Shown: piece after piece, positions 37,891-49,388 of the stretch
Layout of the letters: every line of letters begins with the position of its first letter
Position numbering within the stretch: the stretch's first letter is position 1
Notes under the pieces: generated by a model
What the model was told of the DNA's origin: nothing
The model's input: the letters and a program-made list of their open reading frames with translations, nothing else
Database searches by the model: none
NCBI GenBank assembly: GCA_964483105.1
Contig: CAYZZU010000005.1
Span: forward strand, 24,475 to 88,474
Source of the DNA: an uncultured Nitrospirota bacterium
Lineage (GTDB): Bacteria; CG2-30-53-67
Reading direction: 5' to 3'
DNA: 64,000 nucleotides
Made by a program: the position numbers and the translations under genes

Positions 37891-38847
37891 TTAAGCGACG
37901 GTCCCGAAATCATCGTCCTTGTCCGGGGTCTGATAGTCTTCATGATTGCTGTGAAAATTGTTTTCATCCGGCGGGACGTATCCCAGGTGATCCCGGGAGC
38001 AGATCAATGAGTCCAGTGCAGGTTTGGAATTCCGGTTGTGGGCGATCAGGAGTTTCACACCCTGCAGGTTGAGCCGTCCTTCTTCGGCCTCGTCGTACAG
38101 GTAATCCAGAGCCCCCCGGATACTGAAGGGGTTCAGCCGGTAGGTGCGCGGAGAGATCAGAGCGTCAAACATGTCGCAGATCGTTACGATCTGAACGATC
38201 GGGTTTTCAACATGGATTCCTCTTGGATAACCGGATCCGTCTATCTTCTCATGGTGGTTGAAGGCCACCATTGCGTGGGGGGATGAGTCCCGGGCGGTAT
38301 AGTAGAGCAGAAGGAGATACCCGATCCAGGGATGTTCCAGGATATAGAAGAACTCCTCGTAATCGAGTTTTGTGGAACTCTGCAGAATATCAAGGGGGAT
38401 TCTCGATTTCCCGAAGTCGTGGGTCAGGGCGGTCGACGCCGCGATCAGAACCTGTTCGGAATCTCCGGAGTAATCCCTGTACAGGAGAGTGGTCAGGGCG
38501 GTCGTAATCAGGACATGACGGTAGGTGTAGTAATCCATGGCCTTGAACAGGTCGATCTCCCGGCAGATTTCCGGAGTGACGGGGATCCGGCCGATGATCT
38601 CCATGACCTCGGATTGCGTCTCCTCACGATTGAAAATGATCCGGTAATTTTCCTCGTTCATGACCCGGCGGATATCTTCAAAGAATTCACTCTTCTTCAG
38701 AAGAAACGTTTCAGGGGCTCTTTTGGCTCCGTTTTTACAGATTTTTTCCATGACCTTCGGGGTGATGATTTCACCCTGAGGAACGATCAGGGTCCCATCA
38801 CAAGAGAAAAGGTCTTCCCGCATCACAAAGAGGTTAGGATGGGTCAC
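37891..38847 (-). CDS. HD-GYP domain phosphodiesterase-like protein
   Basis: The HD motif is HDFGKSRIP and the GYP motif is HHEKIDGSGYPRG. Confidence 0.75.
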   Translation of the reverse strand: MTHPNLFVMREDLFSCDGTLIVPQGEIITPKVMEKICKNGAKRAPETFLLKKSEFFEDIRRVMNEENYRIIFNREETQSEVMEIIGRIPVTPEICREIDLFKAMDYYTYRHVLITTALTTLLYRDYSGDSEQVLIAASTALTHDFGKSRIPLDILQSSTKLDYEEFFYILEHPWIGYLLLLYYTARDSSPHAMVAFNHHEKIDGSGYPRGIHVENPIVQIVTICDMFDALISPRTYRLNPFSIRGALDYLYDEAEEGRLNLQGVKLLIAHNRNSKPALDSLICSRDHLGYVPPDENNFHSNHEDYQTPDKDDDFGTVA

Positions 38848-38977
38848 GATATCCTCCTTCTGAAAAGCTCATACTAAAAATTTTAACCTACTTTATCTGA
38901 TTTCGTCAATATCCCTTCCTGGACAAAAAATACTTGACTTTCCGGTAGAGGAGCCATAGGATATATGAAATTTCGAA

Positions 38978-39108
38978 TGTATGAACCTTCGGGGCCGGGT
39001 GAAAATCCCGACCGGCGGTGAAAGCCCGCGACTCTCCGATTCTGAATCGGGGACTGATCCGGTGAAATTCCGGGGCCGACAGTGAAAGTCTGGATGGGAG
39101 AAGGTTTA
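38978..39108 (+). promoter_or_regulatory. FMN riboswitch (RFN element) in the leader of the rib operon
   Basis: The sequence cttcGGGGCcGGGTGAAAaTCCCGACCGGCGGTgAAAGCCCGCGA...GGTGAAATTCCggGGCCGACAGTgaAAGTCTGGATGGGAGAAGG matches the conserved RFN core on the + strand, immediately upstream of ribD. Confidence 0.8.
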
Positions 39109-39199
39109 CGCGTGGTCTGTCTACGTGTGTTGTCTACCCGAAGTGTTTTTCAAATGCTTCGGGTTTTTTTTCAATCGGCTGCGTGCAGGCAGGTTTCAA

Positions 39200-40363
39200 A
39201 TGGACTCTCCGGATCGGGAATACATGCGCGAAGCGCTGGATCTCGCACTCAAGGGACGGGGAAGGACCTCGCCCAATCCCATGGTCGGGGCTCTGGTGGT
39301 GAAGAACAAAAAAGTGATCGGGAGGGGATACCACCACAGGGCGGGCACGCCCCACGCGGAGATCCACGCCCTGAACGCCGCCGGGATGGAAGCCCGCGGC
39401 AGTACACTCTATGTCACCTTGGAACCCTGCTGCCACCGGGGCCGGACATTGCCCTGCGCGGACTTTATCATCCGGAGTCGTGTGGCCCGGGTCGTGGTGG
39501 CCATGACGGATCCGAATCCGCTCGTGAACGGAAAGGGGATCCTCCGACTGCGGGAGGCCGGAATTCAGGTGGATGTGGGGGTACTGGAGAGTCGTGCAAG
39601 GGAATTAAACGAATTCTTCATCAAGTATATCACGACGAAAAAACCCTTTGTCATTCTCAAGGCCGCAGTGACCCTGGACGGACGGATTGCCACCCGGACC
39701 GGTGATTCCCGTTGGATCACCTCCGAGGCCGCGCGCACGCGGGTTCACGAAATCCGGGACTGTGTCGACGCCGTCCTGGTTGGAGTCAATACGATATTGA
39801 GCGACAATCCGAGATTGACAACCCGCCTTCCCGGACGGGAAAGCAGGGACCCGGCCCGCATCATCCTGGATACCCACCTGAAGACCCCGCTGGATGCGAA
39901 GGTGATCATGAATGATTCACCCTCGGGGACCTATATCTTCACCGGGAGTCACGTTACGGAGGAAAGGGTCAAGGCGTATCAGGAACGAAACGTAACGGTC
40001 CTCGTGGCCCGGAAAGGGACACAGGGGGTCGACTTTCAGCGGGTGGTGGAGGACCTCGGGCGGATGGAAATCACCAGTCTGCTGATCGAAGGAGGAGCCA
40101 CGATTCATGCCTCCGCCCTGCGAAGCGGGGTGGTGGATCGCGTGATCTTCTTTGTCGCTCCCAAGATTATGGGGGGAGGCGGCAGTCTTGAAGCGATCGG
40201 AAATCTCGGAGTCAGGCGGATGAACGAAGTCGTGCAGTTGGAGTCGGTTCGGACCGAACGGATCGGGGAGGACGTGATGATCCAGGGGGATGTGGTCGGT
40301 GCGGGCAGCGGCGGCACCCCGGTCTTTGCCGGAGAAGGCGGTGTACAATCCAACGTGGTATGA
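39200..40363 (+). CDS. ribD: bifunctional diaminohydroxyphosphoribosylaminopyrimidine deaminase / 5-amino-6-(5-phosphoribosylamino)uracil reductase
   Basis: The deaminase zinc motif is HAEIHAL...PCCHRG and a C-terminal reductase domain follows. The start is set at MDSPDREYM. Confidence 0.9.
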   Translation: MDSPDREYMREALDLALKGRGRTSPNPMVGALVVKNKKVIGRGYHHRAGTPHAEIHALNAAGMEARGSTLYVTLEPCCHRGRTLPCADFIIRSRVARVVVAMTDPNPLVNGKGILRLREAGIQVDVGVLESRARELNEFFIKYITTKKPFVILKAAVTLDGRIATRTGDSRWITSEAARTRVHEIRDCVDAVLVGVNTILSDNPRLTTRLPGRESRDPARIILDTHLKTPLDAKVIMNDSPSGTYIFTGSHVTEERVKAYQERNVTVLVARKGTQGVDFQRVVEDLGRMEITSLLIEGGATIHASALRSGVVDRVIFFVAPKIMGGGGSLEAIGNLGVRRMNEVVQLESVRTERIGEDVMIQGDVVGAGSGGTPVFAGEGGVQSNVV

Positions 40364-40387
40364 TCCGGACCAAGGGGGGAATTCGGG

Positions 40388-41041
40388 ATGTTTACGGGTA
40401 TCGTTGAAGAGATCGGCCTCGTCCGGTTCGTGACACCGGGTGAAAAGAGCGCCCGGTTGACTTTTGCGGCACGGACTGTTCTGGAAGATATGCATCCGGG
40501 GGACAGCATCTCCGTGAGCGGAGTCTGCCTGACGGTGGTCTCCTTTGACTCCGGCTCATTCACCGTGGATGTCTCACCCGAAACCCTCTCCACCACAATA
40601 CTGGGAGATCTGAAACCGGGTGATTCCGTCAACCTCGAACGGGCCATTCAGGCACAAGGCCGCTTGGGGGGGCATCTGGTCAGCGGACATGTGGACGGGG
40701 TCGGGGTTCTCATGGACAGAAAACCGGAGGGAAACGCGATCGTGATGACTGTCTCCGCGCCGAAGGAGATCCTGGACCTCTCCGTGCCCAAGGGGTCGAT
40801 CGCCGTGGATGGTATCAGCCTGACGATCAATGAGATCAACCCGACCTCCTTCTCGGTTTCCGTAATCCCCCATACGGCAAAGAGGACCACCCTCGCGGAC
40901 AAAAAGATCGGAAGCCGTGTCAACCTGGAGAGTGATCTGATCGGCAGGTATGTCCGGAAATTTCTGGCCGAACGAGGGGAAGTGGAAAAACAGACAGGAA
41001 ATATAGACATCCGGTTTCTGTCGGAACACGGTTTTACATGA
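40388..41041 (+). CDS. ribE: riboflavin synthase alpha subunit
   Basis: MFTGIVEEIG is followed by duplicated lumazine-binding halves. Confidence 0.9.
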   Translation: MFTGIVEEIGLVRFVTPGEKSARLTFAARTVLEDMHPGDSISVSGVCLTVVSFDSGSFTVDVSPETLSTTILGDLKPGDSVNLERAIQAQGRLGGHLVSGHVDGVGVLMDRKPEGNAIVMTVSAPKEILDLSVPKGSIAVDGISLTINEINPTSFSVSVIPHTAKRTTLADKKIGSRVNLESDLIGRYVRKFLAERGEVEKQTGNIDIRFLSEHGFT

Positions 41042-41117
41042 TTCCGGATTGCAGCTGATTTGAATGAATGACTTCGGCGGTCATCCGCCGAAGACCTAAA
41101 TTCTGTGCGAGGTTGTC

Positions 41118-42329
41118 ATGAAAAAAAAGATTCACAGCATTGAAGTGGCCCTGGAGGATATCCGTGAGGGAAAGATGGTCATCCTGGTGGATGACGAGGA
41201 CCGTGAAAACGAAGGGGACCTGACCATGGCCGCGGAAAAGGTCACTCCGGAAGCCATCAACTTTATGGCCAAGTACGGACGGGGCCTGATCTGTCTCTCT
41301 CTTCCTCCGGAGAAAGTGGACGCCCTGGATCTCCCTCAAATGACGAAGGAGAACGAGGCCTCTTTCGGAACGGCCTTCACGGTCTCCATTGAGGCGCGTC
41401 ACGGCGTAACCACGGGGATCTCCGCCGCCGACCGGGCCACGACGATCCTGACGGCGGTTCGTCCCGACGCCAAACCGCGCGACCTGGTACGTCCGGGTCA
41501 TGTTTTTCCTCTCCGTGCCAGGGAAGGCGGGGTATTGCAGAGGGCCGGTCAGACCGAAGGCTCCGTTGATCTGGCCAGACTGGCGGGTTTGAGCGCGGCC
41601 GGTGTGATCTGCGAGATCATGAATGAAGACGGCACCATGGCCCGGATGCCGCAACTGATCCGTTTCGCCGAAGAACATGGTCTCAAAATCATTACAATCC
41701 GTGATCTCATCGCTTATCGGATGCGGAAGGAATCCTTCGTCAGGCGCGTGGCCGAGGCGAGGCTCCCCTCCGTGTACGGCGGAGACTTCCGGATCATCGT
41801 GTATGAAAACGACGTGGATCACAAGGAACATGTCGCCCTGGTCAAAGGAGAGATCGGACCGGATGACGCAGTGCTGGTCCGCGTACACTCAGAGTGCCTG
41901 ACCGGGGATGTGTTAGGCTCGAAGCGCTGCGACTGCGGCGATCAGCTCCACGCGGCCATGCATCAGATCGAGGAAGAGGGCCGGGGAGTGCTTCTTTACA
42001 TGCGGCAGGAGGGAAGGGGGATCGGGCTCGCCAACAAGATCAAGGCCTATGCCCTTCAGGACGAGGGATTTGACACGGTAGAGGCCAATGAGAAACTGGG
42101 TTTCAAGGCGGATCTCAGGGATTACGGAATCGGCGCGCAGATCCTGGTCGATCTGGGAATCCGGAAAATCCGGCTTTTAACCAACAATCCGAAAAAAATC
42201 ATCGGCCTCACCGGGTACAACCTGGAACTGGTCGAACGGGTGCCGATCGAGGTTTCATTCAGAAAGTGCAACCTGAGATACCTGAAAACCAAAAAGGAAA
42301 AATTGGGGCATTTCCTGGATCAGATCTGA
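41118..42329 (+). CDS. ribBA: bifunctional 3,4-dihydroxy-2-butanone-4-phosphate synthase / GTP cyclohydrolase II
   Basis: The DHBP synthase N-terminus ([11 protein letters not shown]) and the GTP cyclohydrolase II C-terminus (CDCGDQLH zinc site) are both present. Confidence 0.9.
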   Translation: MKKKIHSIEVALEDIREGKMVILVDDEDRENEGDLTMAAEKVTPEAINFMAKYGRGLICLSLPPEKVDALDLPQMTKENEASFGTAFTVSIEARHGVTTGISAADRATTILTAVRPDAKPRDLVRPGHVFPLRAREGGVLQRAGQTEGSVDLARLAGLSAAGVICEIMNEDGTMARMPQLIRFAEEHGLKIITIRDLIAYRMRKESFVRRVAEARLPSVYGGDFRIIVYENDVDHKEHVALVKGEIGPDDAVLVRVHSECLTGDVLGSKRCDCGDQLHAAMHQIEEEGRGVLLYMRQEGRGIGLANKIKAYALQDEGFDTVEANEKLGFKADLRDYGIGAQILVDLGIRKIRLLTNNPKKIIGLTGYNLELVERVPIEVSFRKCNLRYLKTKKEKLGHFLDQI

Positions 42330-42357
42330 ACAATCAGCTTTCACAACAGGAGGAGAG

Positions 42358-42828
42358 ATGTCGAAGATTATCGAAGGGACATTGCAGGCTGAAGGGTTGA
42401 AGTTCGGGATCGTGGTCAGCCGGTTCAACGATTTTATTACCTCCCGGTTGTTAGACGGTTCCCTGGATGTATTGATGCGGCATGGATGTCGAGAGGAAGA
42501 TGTGGAGATCATCAAGGTTCCGGGCGCCTTTGAGATCCCCTTCGCGGCGAAGAAACTGGTGGAGCGACAGAAATACGATGCCGTAATTTGTCTGGGAGCC
42601 GTCATCCGGGGCGCCACTCCGCATTTCGAATATATCAGCGCCGAGGCCACTAAGGGAGTCGCCGCCCTGGCCATGCAGGCCGCCATCCCGGTCCTGTACG
42701 GGATCCTGACGACCGACACCATTGAGCAGGCCATCGAACGGGCCGGAACCAAGGCCGGCAACAAGGGGGCCGAAGTCACGATCGGTGCAATCGAGATGGT
42801 GAACCTCTTCCGCCGGTTGGAGAACTGA
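42358..42828 (+). CDS. ribH: 6,7-dimethyl-8-ribityllumazine synthase
   Basis: The sequence [18 protein letters not shown] is present and the protein is 155 aa. Confidence 0.9.
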   Translation: MSKIIEGTLQAEGLKFGIVVSRFNDFITSRLLDGSLDVLMRHGCREEDVEIIKVPGAFEIPFAAKKLVERQKYDAVICLGAVIRGATPHFEYISAEATKGVAALAMQAAIPVLYGILTTDTIEQAIERAGTKAGNKGAEVTIGAIEMVNLFRRLEN

Positions 42829-42871
42829 CGATCGGTCCGGAAAACGGGTCGCGCGTCAACAGAAGGACGCC

Positions 42872-43339
42872 ATGGGGAAAAGACGAAAAAGCAGAGAATT
42901 GCTCCTGCAGTTGCTCTATCAGTATGAGATCCGGAGGGAATCTCCCGGGAAGATCCTCCAGGAGTTCTGGACAACCCGCGAAAAGGTTCATCCCGATATC
43001 CGTTCCTTTACGGATTCGCTTTTCCGGGGAACGGTGAAACATCAGGAGGAACTCGACTCGGTGATCTCCGATCTGGCCCGGAACTGGAAGCTTTCCCGCC
43101 TTTCCATTGTGGATAAAAATATCCTGCGTTTCGCCATCTTTGAGATCGCTTTCCGGGACGATATTCCGGAGAAGGTGTCGATCGATGAAGCCATCGAGGT
43201 GGCTAAAAGATACAGCAGCGACGAAGCCGGCGCCTTTATCAACGGTATTCTGGACAACCTGATCCGCAACCGGGAGACATTCAGCAAAAAGCTTTTTCCT
43301 TCCCCTGGAAAACCGGTCCGCATGGAGGATCACGGATGA
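42872..43339 (+). CDS. nusB: transcription antitermination factor NusB
   Basis: RELLLQLLYQYEI is present, with the typical length and position after ribH. Confidence 0.85.
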   Translation: MGKRRKSRELLLQLLYQYEIRRESPGKILQEFWTTREKVHPDIRSFTDSLFRGTVKHQEELDSVISDLARNWKLSRLSIVDKNILRFAIFEIAFRDDIPEKVSIDEAIEVAKRYSSDEAGAFINGILDNLIRNRETFSKKLFPSPGKPVRMEDHG

Positions 43340-43388
43340 ACGGAAAGATCGTCTCCGGATCGAATCCCGTTTAAGAGGGCTTCACTCC

Positions 43389-44114
43389 GTGCGTATCGCC
43401 ATTTTTTCAGACGTTCACGCCAACCTGGAGGCCTTAAACGCCGTCCTCCGGGAGATTTTGCACCGAAAGCCGGACAGGATCCTCTTTCTCGGGGACGCAG
43501 TAGGGTACGGACCGGAGCCGGACGAATGCGTGGAAAGGATCTTTCAGGTCGCGGACCGGATCGTGGCCGGGAATCATGATCAAGCCGTGGCGGGTCTGAC
43601 CGATATCGATTGTTTCAATCCTGAAGCCAGACAGGCCGTCTTGTGGACGCGGTCCGAATTGAAAAGCGAGAACCTTCGTCGACTTTCCGCTCCGCCCCTG
43701 ACCGCGCAAGAGGAGAGCCTGTTCCTGGTCCACGCGACTCCCCGGCATCCGGAAGCGTGGTCCTACCTGGCCTCCGCCGGTACCGTCCAGTCGCAATTTT
43801 CAGCCTTTGGGGATCCCATCTGCCTGGTCGGCCATACCCACCGACCGGCCGTTTTCAGGAACGATGGAAAACAACTCCTTTCTCCGAAAGAAAGCCTGTT
43901 GACTTTTCAGGAGAATTTCCGATATATTGTCAACGTCGGAAGCGTGGGGCAACCCAGGGACAGGAATCCTGATGCCGCGTACGCCCTGTATGACACCCGG
44001 GCCCGGACGTTTTTGCTGCGACGTGTACCTTATCGTTACAGCGTGACACAGGAAAAGATGAGGGCAGCCCATCTGCCCTCTTTTTTAGTGGATCGCCTTG
44101 CGTGGGGGATCTGA
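43389..44114 (+). CDS. calcineurin-like metallophosphoesterase
   Basis: The metal-binding motifs are MRIAIFSDVHAN, GDAVGYG and GNHD. Confidence 0.7.
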   Translation: MRIAIFSDVHANLEALNAVLREILHRKPDRILFLGDAVGYGPEPDECVERIFQVADRIVAGNHDQAVAGLTDIDCFNPEARQAVLWTRSELKSENLRRLSAPPLTAQEESLFLVHATPRHPEAWSYLASAGTVQSQFSAFGDPICLVGHTHRPAVFRNDGKQLLSPKESLLTFQENFRYIVNVGSVGQPRDRNPDAAYALYDTRARTFLLRRVPYRYSVTQEKMRAAHLPSFLVDRLAWGI

Positions 44115-44131
44115 AGAGACGGGATGGATCG

Positions 44132-45427
44132 ATGATTGAACGCTATACAAGACCTGAAATGGGCAGGGTCTGGGCATTGGAGAACAAGTACGCGAAATGG
44201 CTGCAGATTGAACTTCTGGTCTGCGAGGCTCACGCGGAAATGGGCCGGATCCCCCGGGAGGCACTGGAACGGATTCGTGCCAGGGCTCGTTTTGACGTTC
44301 AGAGGATCGACGAAATTGAAAAGACCGTCAAACACGACGTGATCGCCTTTCTGACCAGTGTCGCCGAGGCGATCGGAGACGATTCCGCTTATCTGCATAT
44401 GGGGCTCACCTCTTCGGATGTTCTCGACACCGGCCTGGCTCTTCAGATCGTGGAGGCCTCCCAACTCATCCGGGATGATCTGGAACGTCTCGGGACAATT
44501 CTTAAATCACGCGCCATCGAACACAAGAACACGGTTCAGATCGGACGTTCCCACGGAATCCACGCGGAACCGACCACGTTCGGATTGAAACTGGCCCTCT
44601 GGTACGACGAGGTCCGCCGGGATCTTGATCGTTTCGGCCACGCGGTGGAATCCATTTCCTGCGGGATGATCTCCGGGGCCGTGGGCAACTTCGCCCAGGT
44701 CGATCCGGATATCGAGGAATATGTCTGCAGGAAGGCGGGACTGACCCCCGCCCGGATCAGCACGCAGGTGATCCAGAGGGACCGTCATGCAGACTACCTG
44801 TCGACCCTGGCCGTGATCGCGACGACCGTGGAAAAAATCGCCTTGGAAATCCGTCATCTTCAGCGGACCGAGGTCCGGGAGGCCGAGGAGTATTTTTCTC
44901 CCGGGCAGAAGGGGTCCTCCGCCATGCCGCACAAGCGGAACCCGATCGCTTCGGAAAACCTCTGCGGCCTTGCCCGCGTGATCCGGTCCAACGCCATGGC
45001 CGCCCTGGAGAACAACGCCCTTTGGCACGAACGGGACATCAGCCACTCCTCGGTAGAGCGAATCATCTTTCCGGACAGCACGATCCTCCTCGACTATATG
45101 CTCAACCGGGTCAGCAACGTACTGGAAGGTCTGATCATTTATCCCGAGCGGATGAAAAAGAACCTCGACCAGACCCACGGACTGGTCTTCTCCCAACGGG
45201 TTCTGCTCGCACTGACCGGGAAAGGGGCCTCGCGGGAGGATTCCTACGCCATGGTGCAAAGAAACGCCATGCGGGCATGGAATGACGGCGAGGACTTCAT
45301 GGAACTCCTGATTCAGGATCCGGATGTCGCGCGTTATCTCAAGCCGGAAGAGATCCGGAACTGTTTCGATGTCCGGCATTATCTTCGCCACGTGGACACG
45401 ATTTTTGAGCGGGTCTTCGGGGGATAA
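44132..45427 (+). CDS. purB: adenylosuccinate lyase
   Basis: The fumarate-lyase family SSAMPHKRNP signature is present. The start is set at MIERYTRPEM. Confidence 0.9.
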   Translation: MIERYTRPEMGRVWALENKYAKWLQIELLVCEAHAEMGRIPREALERIRARARFDVQRIDEIEKTVKHDVIAFLTSVAEAIGDDSAYLHMGLTSSDVLDTGLALQIVEASQLIRDDLERLGTILKSRAIEHKNTVQIGRSHGIHAEPTTFGLKLALWYDEVRRDLDRFGHAVESISCGMISGAVGNFAQVDPDIEEYVCRKAGLTPARISTQVIQRDRHADYLSTLAVIATTVEKIALEIRHLQRTEVREAEEYFSPGQKGSSAMPHKRNPIASENLCGLARVIRSNAMAALENNALWHERDISHSSVERIIFPDSTILLDYMLNRVSNVLEGLIIYPERMKKNLDQTHGLVFSQRVLLALTGKGASREDSYAMVQRNAMRAWNDGEDFMELLIQDPDVARYLKPEEIRNCFDVRHYLRHVDTIFERVFGG

Positions 45428-45442
45428 GAGAAGGAGAGTAAG

Positions 45443-46150
45443 ATGCAAAGAGGAGAAGTCCTCTACGAAGGAAAGGCCAAAATCCTCTATACCACGGAGG
45501 ATCCCGATCTGGTGATCCAGTATTTCAAGGATGACGCCACGGCCTTCAACAATCAGAAGAGAGGGACCATTCCCGGGAAGGGGATCGTCAACAACAAGGT
45601 CTCGGAGGTCCTGTTCCGGCGGGTGGAGGAGGCCGGGATCCCGACCCACTTCGTGGAACGGATCAGCGATCGGGAGATGCTGGTTCGCAGACTGGAAATC
45701 CTTCCGATCGAGGTGATCCTTCGAAACCGCGTGGCCGGTACCATGGCCAGGCGCTACGGCCTGGAAGAGGGGATCGTGCTCAAGGTCCCGGTCATCGAGT
45801 TCTCCTACAAACAGGACGAGCTCGGGGATCCGATGATCAGTATTCCGCACCTTCTGGGCCTCGGATGGGCGACACGCGGTGAGATGGACCGGATCGTGGA
45901 ATACGCCGGAACCGTAAATCGTGTCCTTTCGCAGTTTTTTGACGAAAAGGGCCTGATCCTTGTGGACTTCAAGCTTGAATTCGGAAGGCACGAAGGGACG
46001 ATTCTCCTCGGGGACGAAATCTGCCAGGATACCATGCGTCTCTGGGAAAAAAACACGCTGAAGAAGATGGACAAGGATCGGTTCCGGAGAGATCTCGGCG
46101 GGGTGGAAGAGGCCTACCGGGAGGTTTGCCGCCTGGTCTGCGGAGAATGA
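45443..46150 (+). CDS. purC: phosphoribosylaminoimidazole-succinocarboxamide synthase
   Basis: The sequence LYEGKAKILYTTEDPDL is present. Confidence 0.9.
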   Translation: MQRGEVLYEGKAKILYTTEDPDLVIQYFKDDATAFNNQKRGTIPGKGIVNNKVSEVLFRRVEEAGIPTHFVERISDREMLVRRLEILPIEVILRNRVAGTMARRYGLEEGIVLKVPVIEFSYKQDELGDPMISIPHLLGLGWATRGEMDRIVEYAGTVNRVLSQFFDEKGLILVDFKLEFGRHEGTILLGDEICQDTMRLWEKNTLKKMDKDRFRRDLGGVEEAYREVCRLVCGE

Positions 46151-46168
46151 AAAAGAAGGGGCGCTGAC

Positions 46169-46411
46169 ATGATACGTGCGAAGGTGTATGTAACCCTGAA
46201 AAAGGGTGTACTGGATCCCCAGGGAAAGACGGTGAAAAACGGGCTGTCCAACCTTGGGTTCCAGGATGTGGAAGACGTCCGGATCGGGAAATTCATGGAA
46301 ATCAGTCTCCGGGAGATGCCCAAAGCGGAGGCGGAGGAAAAAGTCCGTGATATGTGCAGAAAGCTGCTGGCCAACACGGTGATTGAAGACTACCGGATAG
46401 AGATGGAATAA
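46169..46411 (+). CDS. purS: phosphoribosylformylglycinamidine synthase subunit PurS
   Basis: The 80-aa protein begins [19 protein letters not shown]. Confidence 0.85.
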   Translation: MIRAKVYVTLKKGVLDPQGKTVKNGLSNLGFQDVEDVRIGKFMEISLREMPKAEAEEKVRDMCRKLLANTVIEDYRIEME

Positions 46412-46412
46412 G

Positions 46413-47102
46413 ATGAGATTCGGAATCGTTGTCTTTCCAGGTTCCAACTGCGATCACGATTGCTACCACGTCACCCGGAAAATCCTGGGGCAGGAGGCCG
46501 TATTCATCTGGCACAAGGAAGAAAAGGTCTCCGGCGTGGATTGTCTGATCCTGCCCGGTGGGTTCTCTTACGGCGATTACCTGAGGACCGGCGCCATTGC
46601 GAAATTTTCCCCGGTCATGTCCGCGGTTCATGACTTCGCGGAAAACGGAGGGCCTGTCATCGGGATCTGCAACGGATTTCAGATTCTCCTGGAGGCCGGG
46701 CTTCTTCCCGGTGCCATGAAACGAAATAAATCACTCAAGTTTATATGTAAAAACGTATGGTTACGCGTAGATTCTTCATCTACTCCCTTTACGAATCTTC
46801 TTGAAGAAGGAGAAGTCCTCAGAATCCCGATCGCCCATGCGGACGGGAACTATTACGCTGACGATGAAACCCTGAAACGTCTGAACGAGAACCATCAGGT
46901 GATCTTCCGTTATTCCGATATCAGCGGCAAAACGGACGGTGACGTCAATCCCAACGGCTCCAGGGAAAACATCGCCGGAATCGTGAGCGAGAAGAGAAAC
47001 GTTCTCGGGATGATGCCCCATCCTGAACGGTGTTCAGAGGAGATCCTGGGCGGAACCGACGGCCTGAAGATCTTTGAATCGATCCTCAGTCACTTTGATT
47101 AG
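46413..47102 (+). CDS. purQ: phosphoribosylformylglycinamidine synthase glutaminase subunit
   Basis: [14 protein letters not shown] and the catalytic GICNGFQIL are present. Confidence 0.9.
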   Translation: MRFGIVVFPGSNCDHDCYHVTRKILGQEAVFIWHKEEKVSGVDCLILPGGFSYGDYLRTGAIAKFSPVMSAVHDFAENGGPVIGICNGFQILLEAGLLPGAMKRNKSLKFICKNVWLRVDSSSTPFTNLLEEGEVLRIPIAHADGNYYADDETLKRLNENHQVIFRYSDISGKTDGDVNPNGSRENIAGIVSEKRNVLGMMPHPERCSEEILGGTDGLKIFESILSHFD

Positions 47103-47144
47103 ACCCTTCTTCCCGGAATGTGATGATCCGATCAGAAGGTCAGG

Positions 47145-49388
47145 TTGGATGATGCGATGAAAGAGCCGATCATTACCCCCGAACTGGTTGAACAGCATGG
47201 CCTCACACCGGAAGAATTCCGGCGGATTCTCGAAATTCTGGGAAGGGAACCGACCTTTACGGAACTTGGGATCTTCTCGGTCATGTGGAGTGAGCACTGC
47301 AGTTACAAGAGTTCCCGGATCCACCTGAAAAAATTTCCCACCGAGGCGGAGTACGTGATCGAAGGACCCGGAGAGAACGCGGGCGTCATCGACATCGGCG
47401 ACGGGCTTGCCGCGGTTTTCAAGATGGAAAGCCACAACCATCCTTCCTTCATCGAGCCCTACCAGGGGGCCGCCACAGGGGTCGGAGGTATCCTGAGAGA
47501 TGTCTTTACCATGGGTGCCCGTCCGATCCTCAACATGGACTCCCTTCGCTTCGGTCCGCTGACCCGGCCGAAGAACCGGTATCTCCTGGATGGTGTCGTC
47601 GCCGGTATCGCGGGCTACGGAAACTGCATGGGGATCCCCACGGTCGGGGGGGAGACCGGATTCTCCGAATCCTATAATGGCAACTGCCTCGTCAACGCCT
47701 TCACCCTGGGGATCGCGAAAAAGGACCGGATCTTCCGGGGGTTCGCGTCGGGTCCGGGCAATGTGGTGATCTATGTCGGGTCCAAGACCGGCCGCGATGG
47801 AATCCATGGCGTCACCATGGCCTCTGAAGAATTCATCGACGACTCGGAACAGAAAAAACCCACAGTCCAGGTCGGCGACCCCTTTACGGAAAAGCTGCTT
47901 CTGGAAGCCTGCCTGGAGGTCATGAAAGAGGACCTTATCGTCGGGATACAGGATATGGGTGGAGCGGGCCTGACCAGTTCTTCCTGCGAAATGGCGGGGA
48001 GAGCCGGCACCGGCGTGGAGCTGGATCTCGCGCTCGTTCCCAGGCGTGAAGAGGGGATGATCCCCTATGAAATCATGCTCTCCGAATCGCAGGAACGGAT
48101 GCTGATGGTGGCAAAGAAGGAGAACGAGGCCGCGATCCATGCCATCTTCAAAAAATGGGACCTGGAGGCGGTCACCATCGGACGGGTCACGGACGACGGA
48201 ATGTTGAGGATCCTGGACGGTGACCGCCGGGTGGCCGAGATTCCCGCCCTCAAGATCGCCCAGGAGGCCCCCCGGTACGACCGTCCGCACGAGGAATCCG
48301 GGGAACAAAAGGCCCGGAAACGGCTGGACCTCTCCGTGATCCCGGTTCCGGACGACATGAACGAGGTATTCAAGACCCTTCTCGCCTCCCATAACATCGC
48401 CGACAAGTCGTGGATCTTTGAGCAGTACGACCATATGGTGCGGACCAACAGCGTGGTTCTGCCCGGTTCCGATGCCGCCGTGGTACGGGTGAAGGGGACC
48501 CGAAAGGGAATCGCCGTCTCCACGGATTGCAACAGCCGGTACTGCTTCCTGGACCCCTACACGGGTGGAATGATCGCCGTGGCCGAAGCGGCCCGGAACG
48601 TGGTCTGCTCCGGGGCGGAACCGAAGGCGCTGACCGACTGCCTCAACTTCGGAAACCCGGAAAAACCTGATATCATGTGGCAGTTTGTCCAGGCCGTGGA
48701 GGGGATGAGCGCCGCCTGCCGGACGCTTCAGACACCGGTGGTGAGCGGGAATGTCAGCTTCTACAACGAAACGCGGGGGGAGGCGATCCGTCCCTGTCCC
48801 ACCATCGGGATGGTGGGAGTGCTCCGGGACGTCTCGCGGCATACAACGCAGTGGTTCAAACGGGAAGGAGACGTTGTCCTGCTGGTGGGAGAGACACTGG
48901 AGGAGATCGGAGGATCGGAATACCTGGAGGTGATCCACGGGCAGGTACGGGGGGCGCCTCCGGTCTGCAACCTGGAACGGGAAAAGCGGGTCCAGCAGAC
49001 CATCCTGACGGCCACGGAAGAAGGACTTCTGCGTTCGGCGCACGACTGTTCCGAGGGAGGTCTGGCCGTTACCCTGGCCGAATGCTGCATCACGCGGCCC
49101 GGCCCGGCTCTCGGAGTGAAGGCCACCCTGGAGGAATCGATCCGGCCGGACGCCCTCCTCTTCGGAGAGAGCCAGTCGAGGATTGTGGTCAGTCTGGACG
49201 AATCGAAGCTCGAAGCCTTCAAGGAGATTGTCAACCGGAACGGGGTACCGATCCGGTGTCTGGGAATGGTCGGCGGGAACCGTCTTGAAATCGGTTTTCC
49301 GGGGGGGAGTATCAACCTGGACGTGGAAGAAATCCGGAGGATTTACAAACACTCCCTTCGATCCTGTATGCAGGCTGAACCGTCATGA
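47145..49388 (+). CDS. purL: phosphoribosylformylglycinamidine synthase subunit PurL
   Basis: The [11 protein letters not shown]...[24 protein letters not shown] motifs are present in a 747-aa protein. Confidence 0.9.
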   Translation: MDDAMKEPIITPELVEQHGLTPEEFRRILEILGREPTFTELGIFSVMWSEHCSYKSSRIHLKKFPTEAEYVIEGPGENAGVIDIGDGLAAVFKMESHNHPSFIEPYQGAATGVGGILRDVFTMGARPILNMDSLRFGPLTRPKNRYLLDGVVAGIAGYGNCMGIPTVGGETGFSESYNGNCLVNAFTLGIAKKDRIFRGFASGPGNVVIYVGSKTGRDGIHGVTMASEEFIDDSEQKKPTVQVGDPFTEKLLLEACLEVMKEDLIVGIQDMGGAGLTSSSCEMAGRAGTGVELDLALVPRREEGMIPYEIMLSESQERMLMVAKKENEAAIHAIFKKWDLEAVTIGRVTDDGMLRILDGDRRVAEIPALKIAQEAPRYDRPHEESGEQKARKRLDLSVIPVPDDMNEVFKTLLASHNIADKSWIFEQYDHMVRTNSVVLPGSDAAVVRVKGTRKGIAVSTDCNSRYCFLDPYTGGMIAVAEAARNVVCSGAEPKALTDCLNFGNPEKPDIMWQFVQAVEGMSAACRTLQTPVVSGNVSFYNETRGEAIRPCPTIGMVGVLRDVSRHTTQWFKREGDVVLLVGETLEEIGGSEYLEVIHGQVRGAPPVCNLEREKRVQQTILTATEEGLLRSAHDCSEGGLAVTLAECCITRPGPALGVKATLEESIRPDALLFGESQSRIVVSLDESKLEAFKEIVNRNGVPIRCLGMVGGNRLEIGFPGGSINLDVEEIRRIYKHSLRSCMQAEPS

